Shown: positions 24,875 through 39,400 of the stretch, in pieces
How positions within the stretch are numbered: position 1 is the first letter of the stretch
Layout of the letters: every line of letters starts with the position of its first letter
Notes under the pieces: model-generated
Database searches by the model: none
Seen by the model: only the letters and a program-made list of their open reading frames with translations
Told to the model about the DNA's origin: nothing
Position numbers and translations under genes: made by a program
Assembly: GCA_036172245.1 (NCBI GenBank)
Contig: JAYWIR010000002.1
Coordinates: 1,612,001-1,676,000, forward strand
Source: Raillietiella orientalis
Taxonomy: Eukaryota
Length of the DNA: 64,000 nucleotides
Reading direction: 5' to 3'

Positions 24875-27343
24875 CTAAAGATTTTCATTAGAATTCTGTT
24901 TCTTTAAATATGCTTGATATTTTTTCTCCTGAGCTGCATAGGCTGCTCTGAGTTTTTTGATATGACTTTGACTGAGTTCTTTCCCTTCCCTGTCATGTGT
25001 TGGAAGTCCCTAAAAGCAAACATAGATTGTCTTCCATTTTCTGTTACTCTTACCTTATCATCGAAATGGCTATACTTAGGGTCACCAAGAAACATTTCAG
25101 TGGGAGGAATTTGGTTCTTTTGCTCTCTTTTTTGTCTCTCAGCTAACAAATGTTCTTTTTCCTTTTGCTTGATAGCTTCTCTTTCTAGTATAAGTTGGCG
25201 TTCTTTCATTAATACATCTCTCCCAACTAGCTTTATCACATAATCTCGATTTGCATCCTCTGTATCTTCCAGACGGACACCCAAATCAGGCAATGTAACA
25301 TCCCTCAATTCATCACATAATTTCAACAGATCTTTTCGTTGTAATGGAGGTAAGATGTGTGCTTGCTGTCTGACATTATGACGAAACTGAGCTAGAACTC
25401 TCAAATAGGGAACTACATCTTGTTGTGATGGTGTTTCTTTGGCAGATGAAGTGAATGATGTCCAACCAAAATCATCCCGTTCACTATCAATCACTCCAAA
25501 AATACACAGCATACGAGTTACATAACTTGCAATCCGTGATAGCAATGTGCCATCCTGATGCACCTGTTGCATATATATATTTGTTTGCTTTATAAGCTCT
25601 CGGATTTCATCAAGTACTCTACGGGTGTTGACATTATCTGGCGAAAAAAATAGTTTTGTTTTGTGCTTTCACTGTCACCTACCACATAAGGCTTCATGTA
25701 CGGCTTGTTGGCAATCTTGTAATCTGTTTTGCAATTGTCCCTCCACTACAGACCATTTACGAATTGGCTGTTGATGGAGGTCCAATAACAGACTACTGAC
25801 TGACAAAAAAAATTCCTAACAACATAAAGATGAGATAATCAACTGTTAATTTCCTCACCTTAATGACATGCTCTAGTTGGATAGCAGCTTCCAAAGTGTT
25901 CTCACTGTAATCCAGAGGATCTTGCCATGGATGCAGTAGGAACAAAAGCCGTAACTGACAGGCTGAATAATGCTGCAGAGCTTCTTTAATTGTGATGAAG
26001 TTTTTCAGTGATTTGGACATTTTGCATCCTTGGATAGTCAAGTGGCCTGTATGTAAAAAATAATGAACCCACTGATTAGTATCAAAGTATGCCTAGCAAA
26101 GCACTTATAAGAAATGTCCATCAGATCTTCAGTTACCTCTGACTGTGCCAACTCATTATCATGATGAGGGAATTTCAAGTCCACACCCCCTGAGTGGATG
26201 TCAATGGAGTGGCCAAGGACAGCTGATGCTATTACAGAACATTCTATGTGCCACCCTGGACGACCCTTTCCCCAAGGACTATCCCAGAAAGGTTCACCAG
26301 GCTTAGATGCCTTCCAAAGAGCAAAGTCTTGTTGGGAGCGCTTCCCTTCATTAATTTTGCTGAGTTCTCCTTCTCCTTCTTGCAACAAAGCAATATTGCC
26401 TACAGCCTCTGGCACTAGTCGTGCATAACGCTGACTCTCTTTGTTGAAGGTGGCCACATCAAAATATACAGAACCATTACTAGCATAAGCCACACCCTTT
26501 TGTATCAACACAGTGACGAATTTAACTATCTCCGGAACATACTCGCTGACACGCATCACAACATCTGCAGGTTTAACATGCAATGCCTTCATGTCTTCAA
26601 GAAACCTTCTTTCCCACAGCTGTGTAAATGATGCAAAAACTGACTGTGGCCATTCTTCTTGATCATGAAATGCATCTAGCCATTCTCCTAATGCATCACT
26701 GCATTTTTCTGTTGTAATCTACATTAAGACAGAAAAGGAGCACTCTTTCTTTAATTTTTCCTACTGCATGAGATTTCAACAATGATTCAGCATTTTGTGT
26801 ACTCAAAGCATCTTGGAGCTGTTCTATGCACATCAACAAAGCATCTAACTGTTGTTGTTTAGATTCTTTCTCTCCATATGATCTATTAGACAGGAACTAA
26901 CTTACCACTCTGTGGTATCTTGGATTTAGGAATTTACCTTGCAAGTTTCCTGCAAATCCTGTATTAACTGCTGAGAGCTAGGTCTTTTGGCATGATATAA
27001 ATTCAGGAGTTCTGTCTGTCGTGCCCTTTTAATTATTTTATCATCAATGTCAGTAATGTTCATAGCATATAAGATGTTATAACCAAAATAATCTTGCAGG
27101 ACTCTCCTCAAAATATCTAATGCTATGTAAGACCTTTAGAAATCATTAGCATTGTATTAAAAACAAAACATAGGAATCTTTTTTTTACCTTGCATGCCCC
27201 AAATGAGCTGCATCATACACAGTTGGTCCACAAGTATACCAACTAACAAATTTTCCTTTTTGTGGTGCAAATAACTCCTTTGAGCGAGTTAAACTATTGT
27301 ACAATTTTAAAGAAGGCATCGATGCTTGTTCACAGTTCTGCAT
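24875..27343 (-). CDS. CARS1: Cytoplasmic cysteinyl-tRNA synthetase, multi-exon
   Basis: [27 protein letters not shown] (HIGH motif), [64 protein letters not shown] and GLPTHD. Stop TAG at 24875-24877. Confidence 0.97.
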
Positions 27344-30300
27344 CTGTAACGAATAAACTGGTAAACAATTCTGTAAAAGTAAAACATTTAAGTAAGCAAT
27401 TCACCCTCATGAATTTTCCAAAATATTCTGAAGATCTTTACAAATGCCAAAACGGCCTGAATATAACAATAAGAAAATACAGAATAGTTTTTGCATGTAT
27501 GAACTTTTAAAAATAATCTGGTCTGGATTTGCGAGTTTTCATTTTTTGATCCCTACTGTTGAATTACCTATCTGATTGAGAGTTTTATATTTTTTTACTT
27601 CCAAGTCCTTAAAAGATCAACCACTTTCTCGACTTCTGAATACCAAACTGAAAACTCACTAAACCAAAATAACAACTTCTAACTTTACGGAAGCAGGAAG
27701 CCTAACACTTGAAACTTTGTCATTCTAGCACTGTCGCATTTTTTATTAACCACACGATCATGGCAAGAACATACACATGGAATTGTTAAATCGGTAAAGT
27801 CAAACATTAAATGGGCCAAAAATGAGAACAAAGAAGGTAATTTTCGGGTAAAAATGAATAAAACTTTAGCACCTCGGGAAAGTCTGTTCGCTTCGTGCGT
27901 TTCCTAAGACTGACTTAAGAGGAAAGTTGACCAAAAGCAGGTACACAGACGCACAAACATTTGCAAAAGAGACCTCGTGAAAACCGATGATTAAGTTGCA
28001 CACTCTTTGAGTAAAATAATTGTGCGTGTGGGTGGGTAAGATAACGGCAGATGCTTGTACTTTTTTCCGGAATTTTGCAACCTGGGTTACACGAAGCTGA
28101 CAAAACATTCGTATAATCTTATTCTAATAACATCGCATCTTTTAATAAAATGAAATTTCGGCCAGGTTCAAGTTAAATCAACAGAGAGCACTTGAATGTG
28201 GAGTGCTTAAAAGTTGCGATCAAAAATAAATCACTTGATTTGATACCTACTTGGATCTTCCTTCTCGCGGGAAACTTTCAAGTTGCACGTGGACAATGGA
28301 AATTGCCTTAAACTTGATCCTGTTTTGATAAACTTCAGCTTGCTGGCTCCGAATGCTATTTCAATTAACCTACAACTGCCGTTTATTCACTCCTCAGATT
28401 TCAAAAATTACCCATAGTGAAGTGTTTTCTCTTTCTAAAATGAAAAGAATTTTCTTTTTTTTAACACTGGATCAGGTCATTTTTCGAGGCTTCACTCTAA
28501 TCTACCATGAATTAGACTTTTATGATAACATACATTTGTTTTTGTCCTTTTTTCCCAAGAAGACACTGTTCAATCACAGAGTCTTCTTGCATCGAAGACT
28601 TGTCGTTCCTCGTAATGAATGATTCATTCTTAATTTTCCTTTCATTTCTTATCACTTATCTTAACGCCTTTTTTTTTTGTCTCGATCCCCTAAGTGTTTT
28701 TTTTTTTTCATTCTCTGTGATTCAATTCATTTTCCATATCACAAGATAATCATCCGGTGTTGTACCTCCAAAAGATCGAGACTTCAGCTTATTCGGACTC
28801 TTCTTGAAACCAATTAGTTTGCTCGGTGTAACAAACCTTTTCTGAAAGACAATAAACGATAAGATGTATTATCAAATCACGTGTAAAATAATTCCTAAAT
28901 TTTGTTTATTAATTACTACTTTGAAAAGAGTTATATAAAGACTCTCAAGAGCTGGTAGACCTTTAAAAGAAACCACACAAGATTCCAAGACTACAATATA
29001 ATAGAAATCATTTAATATTATTAATTCAATATGACTTCGCATTTATATTATTTATTCTTCTAGAAATTCAAGTAATATAGATTCTGATTCGAAGAATTTC
29101 ATTTGCAAGAATTATACAACAAATGCAATTACTTGTAGATAACTCTAATTTACATTTCAAGCTTAATTTAGTTCGAATGACGGACATTGATTGATATACG
29201 GCATCTGGAAAGTGAATGAGATACCAATGGAGAAGCCGGTGACCTTTAAGTAACCGTGCCATGTAAACAGAACAATACTTATTAAGAAATGACTGTTTGC
29301 ATTATTTCTATTCTTCTATTTCATTCAGTGCTTGCACGGCAAGGAAATGTAGGGAAAAGCTAAAACAAGCTTTCAATAACCTAACACAATAATGCACATC
29401 TGTCACCATTGCCTCAGTCTTTCAAACAAATCTATCGAAAGCAGTTCCCGTAAAAAGTTTTGAATTTACCTTCATAAGAAGGGAATGAATCAAATAAAGT
29501 CAATTATTATGGAAAATGACTCGACTAAAACATTTTATCACGTTGGAACGAATGCATTTTATTTCATTCTTTCAGTAGCTTTTCGGAAAAGGTACCCACG
29601 TAACCAGTGGGTATTTGTTAAGTCTTTAATGGCAACTATGATTTCAATTTCATAGCGTTCACTACGAAGCAGCATTATAAGCTTTATGTGTGCTTACTAT
29701 GAAAATGCTGTAAGATCTTTAAGACTTCTAATCTTTACTTTTATGTAATTTATCTATTTATGTAATGCTTTTGTGCTCTCCAGAGACAGCTTTTACAATA
29801 GCTATATACGGACACTACACATATCATGCATCTACGAAAAAAGGGAAAACACAGAATACTGATGAGTATTAGTAAAAAAAAAAGAAAAAAATGCATATTT
29901 ATAACACTACATTCTGCATATCCTATGTGTGTATGTATGCGCATTGGGTAAAAGTATCAAGGCTACACTATGGATATATAATAATCTATGTGATGTGATT
30001 TGGAATTCTCTTTGTTTCAGTGATGTGAATTACAAATCTTTCTCAAAAGCATGTGAAAAATTATTGTCTCCAAGACTTAGTGAATGGCCACTGATTTCAG
30101 GACATTCAATTTTGACAAATACATTTCTCAAGAAACTTGATATTCCTTGATTATTACTTGGAAATTATATATTTCAATATTGTACATCGACCCTTCGATT
30201 TCTTATTACTACAGCTTGTAATTCACAGAGTCAACCATGGTTTGTGACTCGAAAAGCTATTCTTTTATTTTCTATTTGAATTCCTTTATGAAGAATACTT

Positions 30301-33300
30301 TAAGAAGTTTCCTGCTTCTTTAAGTATGTGAAACAAAATGTGAAACTTTGTATTGTAACTTTTGCTATTCATGTAGCTATTGCAGACAACATTACCTAAA
30401 TTGGTTTGGTTACTGTCTCCACTGAATCGTGCCCTTTTGGGGAGTCGATGGATATTCTCCATCAGTTTGCCGTTCTCATGTGAATCGTGTTTATTTAAAA
30501 AGCAAACATTTCTAATAAGATACAAAGCATTATAGACACTTTCTGTAAAATTTGGAGCAAGTTCTCGCAATTCTTCAATTATTTATTCATTTCTTTCTAC
30601 ATTACTCAGCTATCAAGTAAAGTCCAACCAAACATGGTTATCAGATCGTTTTCGTAAACGTTATGGTATTATTTTGTAATTGCTAAAACCAAATGAAGTT
30701 GAAATTTAAAACTTGTACTGATTTTTTGTGCCTACAAATTTATTGCATTGGATTAACAACCATTGTGCTTCTGATAAGAAGAAAATGACAATTATGATGT
30801 GAATCATTATAAATTAGTATTAGTACGATTTCTTCCATGACATATATTCATTAATGTATCAGCATTCTGTCCCTTTTGAAGGTTTCAACAGTATATCTAA
30901 CAATTCATACAGAATTGGTCATTTTGTGTTCGTCGGTGCACTATGAAATTCTGGCCAGTTCTGATAACACATCATAAATAATGCTCTGCCAAATAATAAG
31001 CAGAAAAAGCCGGCCTGCTTTTGGCACCTACTAGTCATCACTTTTCAGAGTATCTTAAGGTGTGCAGTAGCATATTTTGCTTCACTCTCAATTAGGGTTT
31101 TTACTTCGGTAATGCGTGCAATTTTTTCTGAAATTTGTTGGCATTTTCAACTGCGTGTTTCTGGACTCAGATACTTTAAATACTCGCAATTTACTCATGG
31201 CTCCAAACCTATTTGTCAGGTGTATACACAAGAGCATCTTTTTGATCAATCATAAGTAGTATGATTACCTTTCATTTTAAGCAGAAGTTTCTAATGATCC
31301 CAGCGACAGTAACTGATGCATCTCTATAGAAGTAATGCATTAAATTCTGTAATGTAAGACTGACACAGTGAAAATAAAACTACATTCACAAAATTGAAAA
31401 CAATAAGTGCCCTCCACAAGAAAGTGTAGACCTTTTCCCACAGCTCACAAATATGTTTCTTAATGCAATTCACATGCGTCTTCTGGGAGTGAAGGCCCAT
31501 CTGCGGCGTCTGCACCTCGTCCATAGATACCAATCTCGTCCTATAGATTTTCAGACGAAAGCAAGTAATTAGTACCAATTACTTACTTTCGTCCTATAGA
31601 ATAGCCACTGTGGACAGGAGTTAAGAACACCTTCTATACAAAAGATATCCCACATTATTTGAGGAAACTGTCTTTTAAAAGATGTAATTTTTTCCTTCCA
31701 TTATAGCCCAAAGGGTGGAAGATGCAATGACAGCAAATTACTGGAAATTACTGGTTGACTTTAGCCACCAAAAGTGAGCAAAGAATAAGAGTATAGAACT
31801 GAATTTTGTAAAAATGTATACAAAATTCAAAGTGATAATTATGAAATTCTTTTTCAGAACGCTAAGAGACCGGATCTTAAATTGCTTGCTTCTGTCCCTC
31901 CCTCCCCCTCCCCCCAAAATTCTTTTCTTAATATCCTTTGAGAAAATGCTTTTATTTGCATATGAAAGTAAATACTTTCGTTAATACACCTTAATCGAAA
32001 ATATGAATAATTATTAAATTGTTTCTACCTTGAGACCTGCAAGGCTATTTTTCCAACAAATTTCTTAAAGAATTACCAAAAAAGGTCATTACCAACAAAT
32101 AGGCAGTAAATCTCAATGAAAACACAAATAAATAATCCTTGTTTCAGGAAAAGTGATTTTTTCCATTAATCGAACAAAAAATGAAAGGCATATTCCCCGT
32201 GCTCGGCAGCGCAGAGTTCTACAAGAGCCTTCAAACCACCTGGATGGAAACTGAGTTATACTGAAAGAACACAAAATTTTCGAAGAAAACAAATTTTGGA
32301 ACAAAATTCCATAGTTTCATATGACACGTAAACAAGGTTACATGGAAGAGATGAATACGAAAAAATCCACGCCCGCTTTTGAGAAACAGATGGGAGGCAG
32401 AACTCAAAAGCACACAGGGAAAGAAGGGATTTTATTTTAGATTTTCGCGATTCCTCACTCTGTCCGACAATTCCATACGCGTACAAAGTGGGCACTTTCT
32501 TGGACACTCACTCTCATGTCACAGTGAAAAAATGTTCCTACGAATCTGCGTCCCGGCAAAACCTGTTCAAAGGAGTAGGTGTAGTAATCATCACCACTTT
32601 ACAATCTTCAGCATCTTAAAATGAAGTGAATAATTGATGCGTCGTCAGTTTCACTTTTCGAACTTTTCCTGCCTCCATCAAAGATTTCGTTTATTTTTCG
32701 ACACCAGTCGACAGCACATGTTTTACAATTTTCCTTTCAGGTTGTATGTTTTCTTTTGGTTGACACTAGAAATACGTTCCCTGGGGAACCACACTTTTGG
32801 CATGAAAGCTGGGAGAGCGAGTGCACTTTCTCCAGTTGATTTGCGGGAAACTTGGACCAAGGGTTTATGAAGAAGAAGCAAATGAGCTTACGAGACTGAT
32901 AGGACTGCTTTCAGCTGCTAACCTGAGCCACAAAACTAGGAAATTCCGAAACCACGAAACTTTCGCATTTAAGAACGAAAATTTTTCGCGCTCACTTCAA
33001 CCGTGATTACTACTTTATACCTCATGGCTTATTGACGAATTAAGGAAACAGATGGGGCTTACATGACGGTTGAAATGTGAAGTAATCACTTCAATCATTT
33101 CACGGCCAAAAAACAAAAATACACACATATAACTAATACATATCTTGAAACTTTGATTCTTTTACACTTCTTTAAAGTTCATGAACTGCATTGGCTTCCA
33201 CTGTTCCGTGTTCTAAAGGAAGAAATCTGTGGTTCGAATTTCTACAAATAAGAATAAATACTTTTAACGGAATTTCGTTTTTCACTTCAGGATATCACAA

Positions 33301-33874
33301 TATGTCTCCAGAGTTGACTACAAAAGGACTTCCAGAAAACCATTTACAAATGACTACACAAAATCATAGGAAATCAAGAATCCTCAAAGAGAAATCAAAA
33401 TTCTCCATTACAGGTGAGACACTGTTTTAACAGAAACAATAGTACAACTAAACGTTCTTATAGAACATGCTAGTTTAAAACAGTAGCTTACAATACACAG
33501 CAAGAATACCTGAAACCAAAGTGCAGACATTCAAGAATATATGACTGACACCTTCCATCACTTTGAATGCTTTTTTGTAATGAGGAATACTTCTGAAATG
33601 CCATCTGATTACTGTAAGCTGTAGCATACAAACTTCCTTTGGTTATATGGAAATAAATTTCAATATATATTTTCACAAGAGTTGCAAACAAAATCTGCAC
33701 ATAATGAGGGCATGATGCACTGATTAGTCATACATCAGCACTATCTACTAAGAAAATTGATCAATCAAATGTATCAATTTTGGATGTACCAGAATAATGA
33801 TGCTGCAGATTTATTACATCACATAGTCAGAAGGAATCAAACACAATAGAAAAGCCCTTTCCTTTTCTTTTTGG

Positions 33875-36367
33875 TTAGCAGTAGCAGCAATACTTTTTTA
33901 TAATAGTTGACCTTAAAGACAGCCACTGTGATTGATTTGCAACATACAAATATGATGGAATGTGATTGGAGTTGACTTCTAATTTTGAATGCAGTTACAT
34001 TTTAATAGAAGGTTAGGAATTTAATTTACCAAAAATTGGTTTAATTTTGGAGCTTCTGAAAAAAGTTCTCTTTCTTTGCAATAATGAAATAACACCATGG
34101 CACTCCTTTAAACAATCCGAATTAAGTAAAAAATGCTTGAGCTCTTGTGGCAAGAACTTTTGGTTTTTAACCCAGCTTTCAATGAAACTAAAATCTTGTG
34201 CAAGTTGTAAAACTCCTTGCTGGCTAAAATGTGATAAAATCATTAGCAAGTGAGTTGCACTAAAAGAGAGTTGAAACATTCCAGGTTACCTGAACATTTG
34301 TTTTCTTTCCAGAAAAGTAGATAATAAAATGGAACAAATTTTCGAAATCACTAAATTTCCTATCATTTTTTGCTTATTAAGTGATAGGGATAAAGTACTT
34401 CTTAAAACTGGCTGTAGTAGCTGCACTATCGAAAAAGGTATAAACACAACCATACAGCACATCAAACAGGAGAAATCATACAAGTTTAAATAAATCATGT
34501 TCCATAAAAATGTCCTACCTATTAGGTGATCAGCATATATGCTAGGATTGGAAGGTAAAGCTGATGATAGCCAATATCTTCCATGTGGCAAGTATTCTGT
34601 GAGAATACTCTTAATGACAACTTCTAACTTGTGTCCCATTAACTCTAAAACACAATTCTGTCTTTCCTATGAAAAAATAAAAGACTTAGTTAGCATTAAT
34701 TCATACTGACTAGCTACACCTCTGCCTGTTTTATCATTTTCTTAATGGTATTCAACAACATGTTGTTGAGTTCCTGCTGTAAAACTGTAACAACAAAACA
34801 ACTCAACCAATTTTCCTCAACTCGGACTTCAAACTAAAGAAGCAATATAGAAATAGTTATTATGTTTTCTTACTTTCATTCGTTTCAAGGTCTTTAACCC
34901 TTCTGACATCTCCAAAAAACATCTGTTTACAAAGTGTCCAATTTTCCAATATTTTAGCTGCAAATCAGCTCCAGTGGTACAATAATAAAACCATAATGAC
35001 ATAGTAGTGTGCAAGAGATATAGAAAATTGAAATTATCTTCGTAGAAGAAATCTACGTATTTATAATGTTTAACACAACCAATTTCTTCGAAGCATCTAT
35101 AAAGAGCTTGAAATCCTGAATTGACTGTTGAAATTTCATAAGCTACATCAGGAAAGTTAGGTAAAGCTTTACGACTATAACAGTGTGTAAGGATCAGCAA
35201 AAGTTCTTTATCCCAAATTTGATGAAACAAAAACAGACTCAGCTGATGATGTAAAACCTCTAAGGCAGCAACAATGCAGTTATGAACTGAGAAGTCCTTT
35301 TGATCAATGGTCGAGAGTAATTGCTGAGCTTCTACCAGTAACGATTCAATGCTAAATTTCGCAGCATTTGTCTTCTGATGTCCACAAAGAACTAAAGGAC
35401 TATAACTTCCATTCAGTAAATGGTTCCAAAGAAAATGATCACCAAGAATCACAAAAATATTGCTGGCTAAAAACTGTTGATAAATGTTAATCGCTTTGGA
35501 GTAAATTCTTTCACTGTTCCAACTTTTCGACTGACTGTTTTTTTTATATATCCAATTTATGGTTTCTAAAATCCATAACGTCTCTTTTTCCTGCCACTGA
35601 AGCAATGGAAAAAGATCTGATCTCTCACAAACTTGATCATTAAATGTATCATAGATTTCTGATTCCTTTCTATCACCTATCTTGGATAATTCTGGATACT
35701 TTTTTTCAGTATGTGTAGGGAAAATACTTGCATTTAATGCAATAATCAAGTTGGATATTATAACTGGAAATCGACACTTAAGCAACACTTGATAAAGATT
35801 CTCCAATGTGATGCTATTATATAAATTTGAGACATATGAAGTTTTAAAGTTACACTGGGCTGGAGTAGTTTGCATAGAAACTCCTATTATGCACATATTC
35901 CAAGCTAATGTAGAGTAGTGTTTAATGGTTGAATCATCTAATAAAGTATCACTATCAGGCACATCATACATAAATGCTTGATATAAGTATGAAAACTGCT
36001 CAAACACTACATTATGCTGATTATTTGAAACAGCACATTGGGAAATGATGGATAACATATATTGGTATAAAACATATTTCATCTGATGCAGAACACATAT
36101 AAGATCATTTAAAAACAAATTGTAAAGAAAGCACACAACATGTGATTCTGTTTTTGGAAGCCTTGTCAAAAGAGGTACACATTCACTCATGTATTGTTGC
36201 ACTCTTGAACTTGTACTAGCTGCTAAAACTAATAAGTTCTCATTATGTTTAGTATTTATGACAACACTTTCTAATAAAAGAGTATGCTTCTTGTAATTTT
36301 TACATGCCATATGCAATATTTTAATCCCCAATATCTTTTTATATTTCAATGTCTCAACACTTTCCAT
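33875..36367 (-). CDS. CCDC142: Coiled-coil domain-containing protein 142-like, with a long first exon plus short 3' exons
   Basis: A 512-aa open first segment. The C-terminal exons LPHGRYW..PSNPSIYA..LLQPVL, FSQQGVLQLAQDF and QWLSLR match the CCDC142 C-terminal domain as I recall it (MPRGRYW, FSLQGALQLKQDF, WLALR). Confidence 0.75.
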
Positions 36368-36488
36368 AATAAAAAGAACCAGATATAAAACACTTGACCA
36401 ATTAATGGCTTTATTAAATTAAAAAGCAATAACTGTCTTTTTTCAACAACATGAACTCCTTCCTGTAAAATTATAGGTATATTTTCTG

Positions 36489-39400
36489 CTACACCGAATT
36501 TTTAACAAGAAACCTGAAAGTTACTAAATCTTCAAGACCACCTTCAATTATGTCTCCAGCTTTTGCAGGACCTACACCTTCTGGGGTCCCAGTAAGAATT
36601 ACATCTCCTGGCCATAAAGTCATGTACTGAGAAATATAACTAATTAAAGTTTCCACTGAAAACAGCAAATCTTGCGTATTCCCATTTTGACGGAGATTTC
36701 CATTAACTTTACACCACAGATTTACGTTGTTTGGATTGATTATTTTTTCCTTGCTAATAAAATGACTCACTGGGCAAGCAGTATCAAAACATTTTCCAAG
36801 AGTCCAAGAATATCCACTTTTTATTTCTTCAACCTAAAATGTACAAGCATTTTGGGATTTGTCAAGGCATAATGAAAAATTCCTGAATACTGTCCAATAG
36901 AAAACCAAGAAAACTCAAATTAAGTGTATCAATTTTTAACTTGCATCATTCTACATTCATGCATTCACAATGAATTGTTAATCACAAACAACAATTTTGC
37001 AATATCAAAGAAAATTTCAAAACATCCGAAATGGAATATCGCAATATGACTTTCCTGGGCTTTTGTTACAAACATAATAAATCGAAAACATTCGGGCATA
37101 AACGCTTTTTTCCCCCCTCCCTCCAATTCACCAAAATAATCCCGACACGCATCGCGTTTACAAAATCATAAATGACTTTACTTTGAAAGGCAAAAATGAA
37201 TTTATATTTTGTGTTCATCGTGTTTCAATATTCTTACAGTCACTTCAAAATTAAAATATACTGGCATTTTATAACCAAATAAGAAATTTATAATCCAATC
37301 GAACACACTTTAACTTTACACTTTCCCTACTTCACTGTAGCACGCCGTGCAAACACTGGAACATTATTTAGAAAAACCTACACATTCAATACGTGTTTCT
37401 CAAGATAATGCAATGTACATTAGGAGTGAGGAACCCTTTTGCCCCAATGGATCACATGTTCGTTGAAGAGGCGTGCCGCAAGCCACAAACTAGTGCACAA
37501 CAAATGGCAGTCTCCTAATGTCTGGAACGTTTCTTGATTTCTTACGTTGCACGAATGCTTTCTAATTTTCCCGGTCCAACTATTAAACGAGGTAATAGAT
37601 TTACATCAACGAGTTTCATAGTAAGCAGGCTAACTACAATTTCAACACATTCTCTGGGCAGCAAATGAAAACGTTTCACGCCGCGGGTTCCAGCTCTTGG
37701 CGTACACGAAACATTCCATGAACTTTTAATAAAAACGAAGCATTAAGAATTCACGCAGAAAATCCCAATGACTATCACATTTCAGTGGCCACCTACAACA
37801 CATAAAGACGACGAAATAAAAATTTGTAATTTCTCTGGTTTCGAAAAAATCCCCAGGGCATGAGCAGCATTCGTTAATCGTAGTATTCATACAGTCGGTC
37901 GAACTTATTCGCATTACATTAGTTTAGCACTACTAACAAAATCTGTTCACGTGCAAAAGCTCTTGATCTCAGATCATAAACTGAGGAAAAACATAAATCA
38001 GATGATGAAAGGTTTATGAAGACATAAAACCTGCGAAATTGCAACTTAATCGGAACAGAAGCCCATAAATTCTGCAATGTGCTCGTGAACTAGCTGCTGC
38101 ACGTTCCACCACAGTTTGGATCGGGCAGGCACAAACAAACACACCAAACCACAGCAAACAGATGCACGCTGTGTATCGATTCGGGAGGAGGAACTCGTGG
38201 GAACCAAAAGTTGGATCTTTGAGAGTCACGTGACACTTTTACAGGGTGACCCTTCCGCTGATCCTTATCCTTTGCCCAGTCGTGTTTTCACATGGCAGAC
38301 CACAGCAAGTGGGCAAGATTTGTTTGTTTTTTTTGATCAGAGGGACGAGAGGGAAAGAAAGGAAAAAAGGGAAGGAGAAAAGAAGAAGAAAAAAACGGTG
38401 CAACTAATAAGAGAAAAGATGCGTTGCTAAGCTTACGTGGGTGCTTAACGACATTTGAGGTTTATCGTTTAGGACGAGTGCACTAATGACGCATCTGGGA
38501 TTATTTTCGAAAAGCAATGCTAATAGTTGCTGTTTTGTTTTATGGATGCAATTCTATTTTAGCAAAACATGTCGAAAGGAATGGCAAACAACAACACGAA
38601 AAAATTCGAATATACATAAATACAGCTATTAATAGAGTGCCGAAAAAAATCCCCTCTAGGTCTACTTCACAGACGACAAGATGAGAGGGACACCAAAGGA
38701 CAACACGTGATTCACTGAAGCATCCAATCCTCAAATTTTCGACGTGTCAAAAACGGTGGATCATGCTTTTTTCCTTTCGCTTAAAATTGTATGTGACAAA
38801 GTCCATAATTTGGGAGATATACATTTTAGAATATTTTGGACAGACAGGAACGTTCACATGTCAGTATTCGGAATTAAGGACTTAAGCACTGAGTACTTCT
38901 TGAAATTGTTCACTAGAATGAATGCCTACTCGTAATTAAGCCCTGGCTGAACTTTTGCTTGTGATGAATCACGAAAGGATTACGCTTCCTGCTGGAAATG
39001 CATTCCGAATTCCCCAAAGGTAAGGGACGTCAGTGAAAGATCCAAACGCACACTTTCGTTTGGTTGAGTGGATGCAACCAACAGAGGTGGAACATGGCTG
39101 AATAAAAGTAATAAATTAATTAGAGTATTCTAGTATTTCATATAACAAAAAACTATCATGATTGCACTGCTTCTAGGATTTGTAAATACTACCGTCTCAG
39201 TTCAAACTATTACTTGAGAAAAATTTATTGAAAATGATGTGCCGATAAAGTGTTCTTATAGAAGTTCGCTGGAAAGAACAAGATTAAATATTCCAGAAGG
39301 CACCAGTTAAATGGATGCAAAGGTCATTCTTTTAGTGTTCAAACCATATTTCTATTTTGTGCTCTTATTTTATTGCTATTATTTTAATAAGCTTTCAAAA

